From NCBI GenBank assembly GCA_964508045.1, contig CAZDSO010000001.1, forward strand, positions 746-64,745: 64,000 nt of DNA, in the 5' to 3' direction. Position 1 is the first letter of the stretch. Each line of letters starts with the position of its first letter. The stretch comes from an uncultured Planctomycetia bacterium (GTDB lineage Bacteria; Planctomycetota; JAKEIC01; CAZDSO01). Positions 54,912-63,031 of the stretch are shown here, one piece after another. Below the pieces are notes generated by a model that worked only from the letters and a program-made list of their open reading frames with translations, had not been told where the DNA came from and made no database searches. The translations under genes were made by a program, and so were the position numbers.

Positions 54912-55697
54912 ATGCTCAAGATCGGCATCATCGGCGGCTCGGGGCTGGACGACCCGAAGATGCTCGAGGCATGCCGGGAGATCGAGGTCGAGACCGACTT
55001 CGGGCGCCCCGAGAGCCCGTTGACCCTGGGCAGGATCGAGGGGAGGGACGTCGTCATCCTGGCCCGCCACGGCCGGAAGCACGCCGTCATGCCCGGCCGC
55101 GTGAATTACCGCGCCAACGTCCGCGCCCTCAAGGACCAGGGATGCTCCCACGTCCTCGCCACCACCGCCTGCGGATCGCTTCGGGAAGCCATCGAACCCG
55201 GGCACCTCGTCTTCCCCGACCAGTTCGTGGACCGCACCACGAAGCGGGAATCCACCTTCTACGACAAGGACCGCGTGTGCCACATCGCCATGGAGGAGCC
55301 GTTCTGCCCCCGCCTGCGGACCCTCCTGGCCGAGGAAGCGGAGAACCTGGGCTTCGCCCATCACGCGAAGGCGACGCTGGTGACCATCGAGGGGCCGCGC
55401 TTCTCCACGCGGGCCGAATCCCGCCTCTTCCGCGCCTGGGGGCTGGACATCATCAACATGAGCACGATCCCCGAGGCCACCCTCGCCCGGGAGGCGGGGA
55501 TGTGCTACCAGCCCATCGCCATGAGCACGGACTACGACTGCTTCATGGAGTCGGAGGAGAACGTCACCTGGGAGCAGATCGCCAGGATCATGAGCGCCAA
55601 CGTGGCCCGCGTGAAGTCTCTGCTCGCGGCGTCCATCCCGCGGATCGATTTCGAGGATTGCCCGTGCCGCACCGCCATCGATCAAGCCCTCGTCTGA
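54912..55697 (+). CDS. mtnP: S-methyl-5'-thioadenosine phosphorylase / purine nucleoside phosphorylase (MTAP family)
   Basis: IGIIGGSGL, LARHGRKH, ATTACGSL, INMSTIPEATLAREAG. 261 aa. Confidence 0.88.
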   Translation: MLKIGIIGGSGLDDPKMLEACREIEVETDFGRPESPLTLGRIEGRDVVILARHGRKHAVMPGRVNYRANVRALKDQGCSHVLATTACGSLREAIEPGHLVFPDQFVDRTTKRESTFYDKDRVCHIAMEEPFCPRLRTLLAEEAENLGFAHHAKATLVTIEGPRFSTRAESRLFRAWGLDIINMSTIPEATLAREAGMCYQPIAMSTDYDCFMESEENVTWEQIARIMSANVARVKSLLAASIPRIDFEDCPCRTAIDQALV

Positions 55698-56551
55698 CGC
55701 CGGCCCTCGCCTGTCTCGCGGCCTGTCTTCTCTCCGCCCTCGCGGCCGGTCCCGTCTTCGCCTCCAACGAGGGCGACGAGGACGAGAAGAAGGAATCGCC
55801 CCTGTCCTCGCTGAAGGTCGGCGAGATCCTGCGCTTCGTGGACATCCAGCTCGGGGACGACTGGACGGATTTCTGCGTCGAGAAGGTCCGGGGGACCTCC
55901 GAGCCCGCCAGCCGCACGGAAGCGAACAAGATCGACTACTACGCCCGCCACGCCACCACCTCCCTGGCCGTGAGGATCGAGGCGGGCACGCTTCTCGGCG
56001 GGCACTTCCGCGCCGGCCTCCTCCGCGCCTCCCTCCACGACCGCTTCCATTCCTCGAGCGACGTGATCGTCGGTGCGCCGGACGGCGAGATCCGGGAATC
56101 CGTGCGATGCGAGCTGGGCGCAGCGTTCGGCCTGGGCGCCGAGATCCGCATGCCCGTCCGAGACAAGGCACGCCTCGGACTCTCCTACGAGATCGGCTAC
56201 GGCGTCGCCAAGGTGGAGAACGAGCGGTTCTTTCTCACCCCCATCGAAGGGGAATACCGCTACTTCTCGCACGAGTTCCTCCTCTTCGCCGACCTGCCCA
56301 TCCGCCTGGAAAAGCCTTTCCGCGGGATCCTCAGGCCCCGACTCTCGCTCGGCGCCCTCGTCGTCCGCGGCGCCGCGGATTTCACCTCCCCCGGCAAGGA
56401 CTACGACTGGGACCTCCACTGGAGAGAGGACCAGAGCTTCCTGCTCCGCTTCACCTTGAAACTCGAAACCGAAGAGGGGCTCTTCGCTTCCCTCTCGGGA
56501 GACGTCATCGCCAGGCTGGGCGTCCGTCTCGGCGTGGGCGTGCGCTTCTGA
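55664..56551 (+). CDS. putative outer-membrane beta-barrel protein
   Basis: The frame has no early ATG. The GTG at 55664 gives a basic n-region plus LTPALACLAACLLSALAAGPVFA. The C-terminus ...RLGVRLGVGVRF ends in Phe, as OMP beta-signals do. The start is uncertain and would overlap the mtnP 3' end by 34 nt. Confidence 0.5.
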   Translation: MPHRHRSSPRLTPALACLAACLLSALAAGPVFASNEGDEDEKKESPLSSLKVGEILRFVDIQLGDDWTDFCVEKVRGTSEPASRTEANKIDYYARHATTSLAVRIEAGTLLGGHFRAGLLRASLHDRFHSSSDVIVGAPDGEIRESVRCELGAAFGLGAEIRMPVRDKARLGLSYEIGYGVAKVENERFFLTPIEGEYRYFSHEFLLFADLPIRLEKPFRGILRPRLSLGALVVRGAADFTSPGKDYDWDLHWREDQSFLLRFTLKLETEEGLFASLSGDVIARLGVRLGVGVRF

Positions 56552-56609
56552 CAGCCCCGCCGGGACGGTCGGAAATCGGAAGTCCCACGTCGTCATGAAG
56601 AGGATGTTT

Positions 56610-56652
56610 GACTTGGCCTCTGGCCTTTGGACTTGGGACAGTGGACTTGGGC
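56610..56652. repeat. three direct copies of GGACTTGG within 43 nt, just upstream of yjbQ
   Basis: tttGACTTGGcctctggccttTGGACTTGGgacagtGGACTTGGgcc read directly. It lies between the OMP stop (56551) and the yjbQ ATG (56673). Confidence 0.5.
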
Positions 56653-56672
56653 CCTCGAACTTCGGTGTACGC

Positions 56673-57098
56673 ATGCGCTTTCACGATACCGAGATCCCGC
56701 TGGAAACGACGCGCCGGTTCCAGATCCTCGACATCACCGGAACCGTGCAGGACGCGGTGAAAGCCTCCGGCATCGCCCGGGGCCTGGCCCTGGTCCGCTC
56801 GCCCCACACCACCGCCTCGATCCGCGTCAACGAGAACGAACCGAGGCTCCACGAGGACATGGAACGGTTCCTCTGCGATCTCGCCCATCCCGAAGGCGCC
56901 TGGCGCCACAACCTCCAGACCGTCGACGACCGCCCCAACGCCTGGGGGCACTTGATGAGCCTCCTGCTCGGCGGCGCGGCCGTCCTCCCCGTCACGGAGG
57001 GCCGGATCGATCTCGGAGGCTGGCAGTCCGTCTTCTTCGTCGAGCTGGACGGGCCGCGGGCCGCGCGCAAGGCGTTCGTGAGGGTGATGGGGGCGTGA
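56673..57098 (+). CDS. YjbQ/UPF0047 family protein (secondary thiamine-phosphate synthase-like)
   Basis: The ATG at 56673 gives MRFHDTEIPLET...ALVRSPHTTASIRVNENEPRLHEDM...GWQSVFFVELDGPR. These are signature UPF0047 blocks. Confidence 0.82.
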   Translation: MRFHDTEIPLETTRRFQILDITGTVQDAVKASGIARGLALVRSPHTTASIRVNENEPRLHEDMERFLCDLAHPEGAWRHNLQTVDDRPNAWGHLMSLLLGGAAVLPVTEGRIDLGGWQSVFFVELDGPRAARKAFVRVMGA

Positions 57099-57117
57099 GC
57101 GCCGCAGGGAGGAAGGA

Positions 57118-58422
57118 ATGAACGCGTCCGATAGAGCCGGTTTCCTGGCCGATGAATCCGCGCTGGATCCCGAAGACTTCGTCTTCGAGACCTACGTGTT
57201 CGAGACGGCCGGAGACGCCGAGGAGACGGCCGTCCATCTCTGCGCGGAGCACAGCACGGCGCTGTGGAGCCGCCCGGGCGTGGACGAGGACTATCGCCCC
57301 CGCCACGCGGCGAAGCTGGTCCGCCTCGAGGTGCTCGAAAAGGGCGTCCCGCCCGTTCTGGATCTCCCCTACCACCGGGGCGAGGTCTTCACGCGCGTGC
57401 GGGCGCGGATCGCGCATCCCCACCGGAACTTCGGGCCGCGTATTCCGAACCTCCTCACGGCCGTCTGCGGGGAGGGGGCCTTCTTCGCGCCGGGCGCCTC
57501 CATGATCAAGCTCATGGACCTCGAGTTTCCCTCCTCCTTCCTCGACCGCTTCCCCGGTCCGGCGTTCGGGGTGGAGGGGTTGCGCGCCCTTCTGCAAGCA
57601 TGGGACCGGCCGATCTTCCTGGGCGTCGTGAAGCCCAACGTGGGACTCGAGCCGGACGCCTTCGCCCGCCTCGCCTACGCCTCCTGGCTGGGGGGGCTCG
57701 ACGCCCCCAAGGACGACGAGATGCTGGCCGACGCCGAGGATTCCCCCTTCGAGAGGCGGGCCGCACGGCTCGGGTCGTTGCGCAAGCGGGCCGAGGACGA
57801 GACCGGGCGCCCGTTGATGTTCATCGGGAACATCACCGACGAGGTGGAGCGCATGGCTTCGCTGCTCGACGTCGCCGTCGCGAGCGGGGTCAACGCCGTC
57901 ATGATCAACGGGGTCGCCACGGGACTCCCGGCCGTGCGCTTCGTGCGCGAGCGCTCGAGCGTCCCGATGGTGGGGCACTTCGACCTGATCGCGCCTTCCT
58001 CGCGTCTTCCCTTCTTCGGGGTCCACAGCGTGGTCTGGACGAAGCTGCAGCGCCTGGCGGGATTCGACGCGATCATCATGCCGGGCTTCGGCGACCGGAT
58101 GTACACGCCGCCCCCGGAGGTCCTGGCCAACGTCCGGGCCTGTCTCGATCCGATGGGGAATCTTCGCCGGAGCCTGCCGGTGCCCGGGGGCAGCGACTGG
58201 GCCGGGACGCTCGGCGCCGTGCACGAGAGGCTCGGGACCGTCGACTTCGGATTCGTTCCGGGGCGGGGGGTCTTCGGCCATCCGGGCGGCCCGGAGGAGG
58301 GCGCGAGGAGCATCGTGGACGCGTGGGAAGCGATCCGGGAGGGCAAGACGCTCGAAGAGAAGGCCACGGAATCGGAACCGGTGCGCAGGGCGATCGAGGC
58401 GTTTCATCCTCCCTCGCATTGA
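57118..58422 (+). CDS. RuBisCO large-subunit-like protein (form IV / RLP-type active-site pattern)
   Basis: RPIFLGVVKPNVGLEPDAFARLAYASWLGGLDAPKDDE aligns with the RuBisCO block RPLLGCTIKPKLGLS...GGLDFTKDDE. K175, K201, D203 and E204 equivalents are kept and K177 is Asn. The HRAMHA block is replaced by GHFDLIA, and the loop-6 Lys region is not conserved. Confidence 0.85.
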   Translation: MNASDRAGFLADESALDPEDFVFETYVFETAGDAEETAVHLCAEHSTALWSRPGVDEDYRPRHAAKLVRLEVLEKGVPPVLDLPYHRGEVFTRVRARIAHPHRNFGPRIPNLLTAVCGEGAFFAPGASMIKLMDLEFPSSFLDRFPGPAFGVEGLRALLQAWDRPIFLGVVKPNVGLEPDAFARLAYASWLGGLDAPKDDEMLADAEDSPFERRAARLGSLRKRAEDETGRPLMFIGNITDEVERMASLLDVAVASGVNAVMINGVATGLPAVRFVRERSSVPMVGHFDLIAPSSRLPFFGVHSVVWTKLQRLAGFDAIIMPGFGDRMYTPPPEVLANVRACLDPMGNLRRSLPVPGGSDWAGTLGAVHERLGTVDFGFVPGRGVFGHPGGPEEGARSIVDAWEAIREGKTLEEKATESEPVRRAIEAFHPPSH

Positions 58423-58459
58423 CTTCGTGTGGTTGTTCCGGTGCTGCTGGAGCGAAGCG

Positions 58460-58777
58460 ATGGAGACGTTCCTGGAGATCCTGCAGTGGACCGCGCTGGT
58501 CTTCGCCGGCGGCGTGATCGCCGGCTTCGGAAAGCTCCTCGCCTCCTGGATCGTGAAGAACCGTCGGAAATCCCTCGCGATCACGAAAAAGCAGGGTGAG
58601 GGCGGGGAGACCGCGCCGGCGACCGGCGGCGGCGAGGGGCCCGTCGCCGATGACGGGGAGCGGGCGAAGCGGGACAAGAAGGCGGAGAAGGACCGGAAAA
58701 AGCGCGAGAAGAAGGCGGACAAGGAGAGGCGCAAGAAGGAGAAGAAGGAAACGGACAAGGGTCCCCCGGACGGCTAG
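58460..58777 (+). CDS. small single-pass membrane protein with Lys/Glu-rich tail
   Basis: METFLEILQWTALVFAGGVIAGFGKLLASWIV followed by KRDKKAEKDRKKREKKADKERRKKEKKETDK. The start was assigned to the internal Met. Confidence 0.5.
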   Translation: METFLEILQWTALVFAGGVIAGFGKLLASWIVKNRRKSLAITKKQGEGGETAPATGGGEGPVADDGERAKRDKKAEKDRKKREKKADKERRKKEKKETDKGPPDG

Positions 58778-60231
58778 CCCAGGGAGAAGCGCAGCATATA
58801 GGCGAGGTTGTCGGGCGACGCGAGGACGGATAGCGCCGGTTCCATCCCCGTGGAGTCCCACCCGAGGATCGGGAAGCCGTCGAGGCTCGGGTCGTCCTCG
58901 GGGAGGGCGAAGCGATCGGGCTGGGCGTTCATTTGCTCCTTCATGCGCCTGTACACGGCGAAATCCGCTTCGGACACGTCCCCCAGGTCCCGCTGGCCGC
59001 CTTCCGCCCGGCGCGCCACCGTCTCCTCGTCGGCGGAGCAGGAGATGAAGAGGAGGGGCGCGCCCGTCTTCCTCGACACCTCGACCAGATCCCGGCGCCC
59101 CTCGATCAGGAGCGAGGTGGCGTCCAGGACGACCGAGCGGCCCTTCTGCAGGTTCGTCTCCGCCTCGAGGCGGAGACGGCGGTAGACCTCCGCGGAGACC
59201 TCCTCGGCGTACCGCGTCTTTGGATCGGTGGTCTCGGGGGGGAAGGCCGAAAGCCGCACCGCGTCGGAGGAGAGCACCTCCGCGTCCAGGAAACCGGCGA
59301 GCCGGCGGGCCAGCGTGGACTTGCCCGTCCGGGGAAGGCCGCAGAGGACGACGAGGAAGGCCCTTCTCGCGGTGTAGGCCTTTTTCAGGTTCCGGAGGGG
59401 CCCGTAGGAAAGCGTGCCCGCCTCGCCCACGTGGCCCAGGTTTCCGTAGGATTGCTCGCCGTGGAAATCGCTTCCACCGGTGACGAGGAGGCCGTGCTTC
59501 TCGGCCAGATCCCGGTAGTAGCGGGTGTCGTCGGGACCGAGGGAGCGGTAGTAGACCTCCAGCCCCATCAGGCCCCAGTCCACCATCTCTTCCAACACGG
59601 CGGGGTCCATGCGTTCGCCGGGCGTGATCAGATTGGGATGGGCGAGCACGGGGATGCCTCCGGCCCCCTTGACGGCCTCCACGGCCTCGCGGAAGAAAGG
59701 CTTGAACTTGGGGATGTTGTAGGGGATGAGATAGCGCTTGAAGGCGCCCGCCATGTTCTTGGCGTAGCCCCGCTCCAGAAGGACCTTCGCGATGTGGGGG
59801 CGTCCGATCAGGCCGGACGCGTGTCGTTCCACCTCGTCGAACCCCAGCGGGGCGCGCCCTTGTGAGGCGAGGACATCGTTGATCCTGTCCACCAGCTTGC
59901 GGCCCCGCTCGACCCGCGCCTCGCGGATTTCCGAAAGCGTGCGCCCCAGGCGTTCCGCCTCCCAGTCCAAATAGTAGCCGAGCAGGTGCACCTGGGAAAA
60001 GCCCCGGCACTGGACGCTCAGTTCCACGCCGGGAACCACTTCCACGTTTTCCCGGTCCCCGGTTTCCAGCCCCTCGACCACGCCGTCCACGGTATCGTGG
60101 TCGGTGACGGCGATGGCAACGAGCCCCATGGCCGCGGCCTTGCGAACCACGTCGGCGGGAGTGTAGTCCCCGTCCGATCGCGTCGTGTGGACATGCAGGT
60201 CGATGGCGCCCTCAACCGATTCACCACACAC
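58774..60231 (-). CDS. PHP-domain phosphoesterase fused to a P-loop (AAA_33 / polynucleotide-kinase-like) kinase domain
   Basis: N-terminus IDLHVHTTRSDGDYTPADVV...IAVTDHDT is the PHP metal site. C-terminus VVLCGLPRTGKSTLARRLA (Walker A) and VVLDATSLL (Walker B-like). Confidence 0.85.
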   Translation of the reverse strand: MCGESVEGAIDLHVHTTRSDGDYTPADVVRKAAAMGLVAIAVTDHDTVDGVVEGLETGDRENVEVVPGVELSVQCRGFSQVHLLGYYLDWEAERLGRTLSEIREARVERGRKLVDRINDVLASQGRAPLGFDEVERHASGLIGRPHIAKVLLERGYAKNMAGAFKRYLIPYNIPKFKPFFREAVEAVKGAGGIPVLAHPNLITPGERMDPAVLEEMVDWGLMGLEVYYRSLGPDDTRYYRDLAEKHGLLVTGGSDFHGEQSYGNLGHVGEAGTLSYGPLRNLKKAYTARRAFLVVLCGLPRTGKSTLARRLAGFLDAEVLSSDAVRLSAFPPETTDPKTRYAEEVSAEVYRRLRLEAETNLQKGRSVVLDATSLLIEGRRDLVEVSRKTGAPLLFISCSADEETVARRAEGGQRDLGDVSEADFAVYRRMKEQMNAQPDRFALPEDDPSLDGFPILGWDSTGMEPALSVLASPDNLAYMLRFSLG

Positions 60232-60296
60232 CGTTTTCCCTCCCGCAAGGTTTCATCCAGTCCCGGCCCCGAAAGCGCGGCGGCCCGCCCCCTTCG

Positions 60297-61490
60297 TCAC
60301 GGCAAGGCCTCCAGGAAACTCGAGCCGCTTTCCGTGACGACGTCGAAGTTCTCCGCGATCGTCGCCCCCAGGTCCGCCATGTTCCGGTCTCCGAGCCGCG
60401 TTTCCCCGCGGACCCCCGGCCGCCAGACCAGCAGCGGGACGTATTCCCTCGTGTGGTCGGTACCGGGATGCCGCGGATCGTTTCCGTGGTCGGCCGTGAT
60501 CGCGAGCAGGTCTCCTTCCTTCAGCGCCCTCTCGAGGCGCGGCAGGGCCTCGTCGAAGGCCTCCAGGGCTTTGAGGAACCCTTCGGCGTCGCGCCGGTGC
60601 CCGTAGAGCATGTCGAAATCGATGAGGTTCGCCATGCAGAGCCCGGTGAAGTCGTCTGCCGCTTCCCGCACCAGCGCTTCCGTGCTCGAGGCGTTGTCCG
60701 GCGTGTGCTCGGAAGCGGTCAGACCCCGGAAGGCGAAGATGTCCTCGATCTTCCCGATGCCGCGGACCTCGAGATCCGCCGCAACGAGGCGGTCGAGAAG
60801 CGTGTCCGCCGGCGGGGCCAGCGAGAAGTCCTTTCGCCGCGCCGTCCGGCGGTACGCTCCCGTCCTCCCCTCGAAGGGGCGGGCGATGACGCGGCTCACC
60901 GCGTGGGGCCCCGCGAGAAGGGCGCGGGCCGTCTCGCACATGCGATAGAGATCCTCCACGGGCACGACGTCCTCGTGGCAGGCGACCTGGAAGACGGAAT
61001 CGGCCGAGGTGTAGACGATGGGGCGGCCGGTGCGCACGTGCTCCGCGCCGAGTCGCGCGATGATCTCGGTGCCGCTGGCCGGGCGGTTCCAGAGCGCCTT
61101 CCGGCCGACGGCCTTCTCGAAGGGTTCCATGACCTCGGCCGGGAAGCCCTCGGGGTAGACCGGAAAGGGGCGGTCCAGGGTGAGGCCGGCCAGTTCCCAG
61201 TGGCCGGTCGTGGTGTCCTTTCCCGGGGAGCGCTCGACGAGCCGCCCCCACGCCCCGTCGACGTCCACGGGGGGGCCGGGCGGGGACAGAAGCGCGGAAA
61301 GCCCCCGGGAAGCGAGATGGGGAACCTCGAGGCCCCGCTCGGGGAGGGCGTGGCCCAGCGTGTCGCTGCCTTCATCCCCGAAGTCGCGCGCGTCCGGAAG
61401 CGCGCCGGCGCCCACGCCGTCCAGAACGATCAGAAACACCCGTCGGAAGTTCACACGATTCACCCTGTTCGACGAAAATGAACCCGACAT
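60297..61490 (-). CDS. deoB: phosphopentomutase
   Basis: VFLIVLDGVGAGALPDARDFGDEGSDTLGHA and ITADHGNDPRHPGTDHTREYVPLL match the DeoB metal/phosphoserine blocks. The start was put at MSGSFSS (61490). The upstream ATG at 61559 is an alternative. Confidence 0.88.
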   Translation of the reverse strand: MSGSFSSNRVNRVNFRRVFLIVLDGVGAGALPDARDFGDEGSDTLGHALPERGLEVPHLASRGLSALLSPPGPPVDVDGAWGRLVERSPGKDTTTGHWELAGLTLDRPFPVYPEGFPAEVMEPFEKAVGRKALWNRPASGTEIIARLGAEHVRTGRPIVYTSADSVFQVACHEDVVPVEDLYRMCETARALLAGPHAVSRVIARPFEGRTGAYRRTARRKDFSLAPPADTLLDRLVAADLEVRGIGKIEDIFAFRGLTASEHTPDNASSTEALVREAADDFTGLCMANLIDFDMLYGHRRDAEGFLKALEAFDEALPRLERALKEGDLLAITADHGNDPRHPGTDHTREYVPLLVWRPGVRGETRLGDRNMADLGATIAENFDVVTESGSSFLEALP

Positions 61491-61627
61491 TGTAGCCGAA
61501 AGGGCAGGGGAGGCCAGGACGAGTTTGCAGAAAAACCCGGGGCGTGATGGATCGTTCAAAGGGCCGGTTGACAGGGGCGGGACGGGGTTCCAGACTACAG
61601 GCGCGTTCGGGACCCCGAGACGGATCG

Positions 61628-63031
61628 ATGGAAATCCACGCGATGGGTGGCAAGAAGAACAAGGCGGGGGATGGCCGGGACCGTTCCGATCCGGAGGCGG
61701 CGGAGGAGGCCTCGTCCTCCACGGCCTGGTTCCGGGAGAACATCGAAGCCATCGTGATCGCCGTGATCATGGCGCTGGTCATCCGCCATTTCTGCGTGGA
61801 GGCCTTCAAGATCCCGACGTCGTCCATGGAGCCCACGCTCTACGGCGATCATCCCGAGGAAGGCATCCAGGGCGATCGGATCCTCGTGAACAAGTTCGTC
61901 TACCAGCTCCGGGATCCCGCCCGCTGGGACGTGATCGTGTTCAAGTACCCCCTCGACCGCAGCAAGAACTTCATCAAGAGGCTGGTGGGTCTTCCCGGGG
62001 AGGAGGTCAAGATCTGGGGGGGGAACGTCTACGTGAACGAGACGCCGGGAGAAGGTCCGGAAGCGTGGTCCCTCGCACGGAAGCCGCGCGTCGTGCAGGA
62101 GGCGGTCTGGCAGGAGATGTACGACTCCGCGGAGGGGAACCGGCCGGGGGCCTGGATCCCGGACGAGGGGAGCCGCTACGCCTTGTCGGAGGGCCGGGCG
62201 AGGCTTGCGGGTCTTCCGGACGAAGAGAGCTGGATCATGTACCGGGACGAGATCAACGCGCGCAACTCGGAATCCACGCCCACGGCCGAGGTGCGCCTGG
62301 CCTTCGACGCTGCCGTCGAGGGCGCGCCCTTGATGGTGCATCTCCACATCTCCTCGGACGCCAACCTCCGCCTCGTCCTTCCCGTTGCCGGGGGAGGGGA
62401 GGCGAAGATCTTTTTCGGGGACGACGTGGTGGCGTCGGGGCCGTTTGCGCTCGCGCCGGGTCGCCCGACCCGCCTGGCCTTCAGCAACGTGGACGGGGAG
62501 GCGGTCTTCCGCGCGGAAGGCGAGACGGTGCTTCGCTACGCGTACGACCCCGGGCCGTACTATTCCCGCCTGATCCGCCCGCGGGTGCGCGTCGGGATCG
62601 GGGACGGGGGCGAGGCGGTGCTGGAGAACATCACCCTGTGCCGGGACATCCACTACGTGGAAGACGCGCGGGGCATCCTGGGGACGGAGGGGACGGTGCG
62701 CATTCCCGAGGACTGCTTCTTCGTCCTGGGGGACAACTGCACGTCCTCGAAGGACAGCCGTCTCTGGCGGATCATCCGCTTCACGCTCGGCGACGGCACC
62801 GTGCTGGAGGGCGAGTACGATCTGGAGCGCGGCAAGGTCTTTTCCCGCGACCGGATGAGCGGGGAGATCCACCTCACGGACATCAACGGGATCCGCTGGC
62901 ACCTCACGCGCGACGAGGTGGTCGACTTCGACGCGCGACCGCGGTTCGCGCCCTTCGTGCCGCGCGACATCCTGATCGGCCAGGCCTTCATGGTCTTCTG
63001 GCCGCCGAAGCGGATTCACCTCATCCACTGA
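61628..63031 (+). CDS. lepB: signal peptidase I with a long insertion between the catalytic Ser/Lys boxes and the C-terminal box
   Basis: IPTSSMEPTL (Ser box), IKRLVGLPGE (Lys box), VLGDNCTSSKDSRLW (box E). The start is uncertain: 61544, 61628 and 61643 are all possible. Confidence 0.85.
   Translation: MEIHAMGGKKNKAGDGRDRSDPEAAEEASSSTAWFRENIEAIVIAVIMALVIRHFCVEAFKIPTSSMEPTLYGDHPEEGIQGDRILVNKFVYQLRDPARWDVIVFKYPLDRSKNFIKRLVGLPGEEVKIWGGNVYVNETPGEGPEAWSLARKPRVVQEAVWQEMYDSAEGNRPGAWIPDEGSRYALSEGRARLAGLPDEESWIMYRDEINARNSESTPTAEVRLAFDAAVEGAPLMVHLHISSDANLRLVLPVAGGGEAKIFFGDDVVASGPFALAPGRPTRLAFSNVDGEAVFRAEGETVLRYAYDPGPYYSRLIRPRVRVGIGDGGEAVLENITLCRDIHYVEDARGILGTEGTVRIPEDCFFVLGDNCTSSKDSRLWRIIRFTLGDGTVLEGEYDLERGKVFSRDRMSGEIHLTDINGIRWHLTRDEVVDFDARPRFAPFVPRDILIGQAFMVFWPPKRIHLIH

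Noticed and set aside
54717-56171. N-terminal 485 codons of the 1,264-aa track ORF 52377-56171
   Set aside because: This part is antisense to mtnP and the OMP-like gene and is R/G/P-rich. An internal ATG at 54716 gives a clean signal peptide, so the gene was shortened to 52377-54716.
57118-58422. Bona fide CO2-fixing RuBisCO
   Set aside because: K177, the H294-R295-H298 block and the loop-6 Lys region are not conserved. No small-subunit, PRK or carboxysome genes are nearby.
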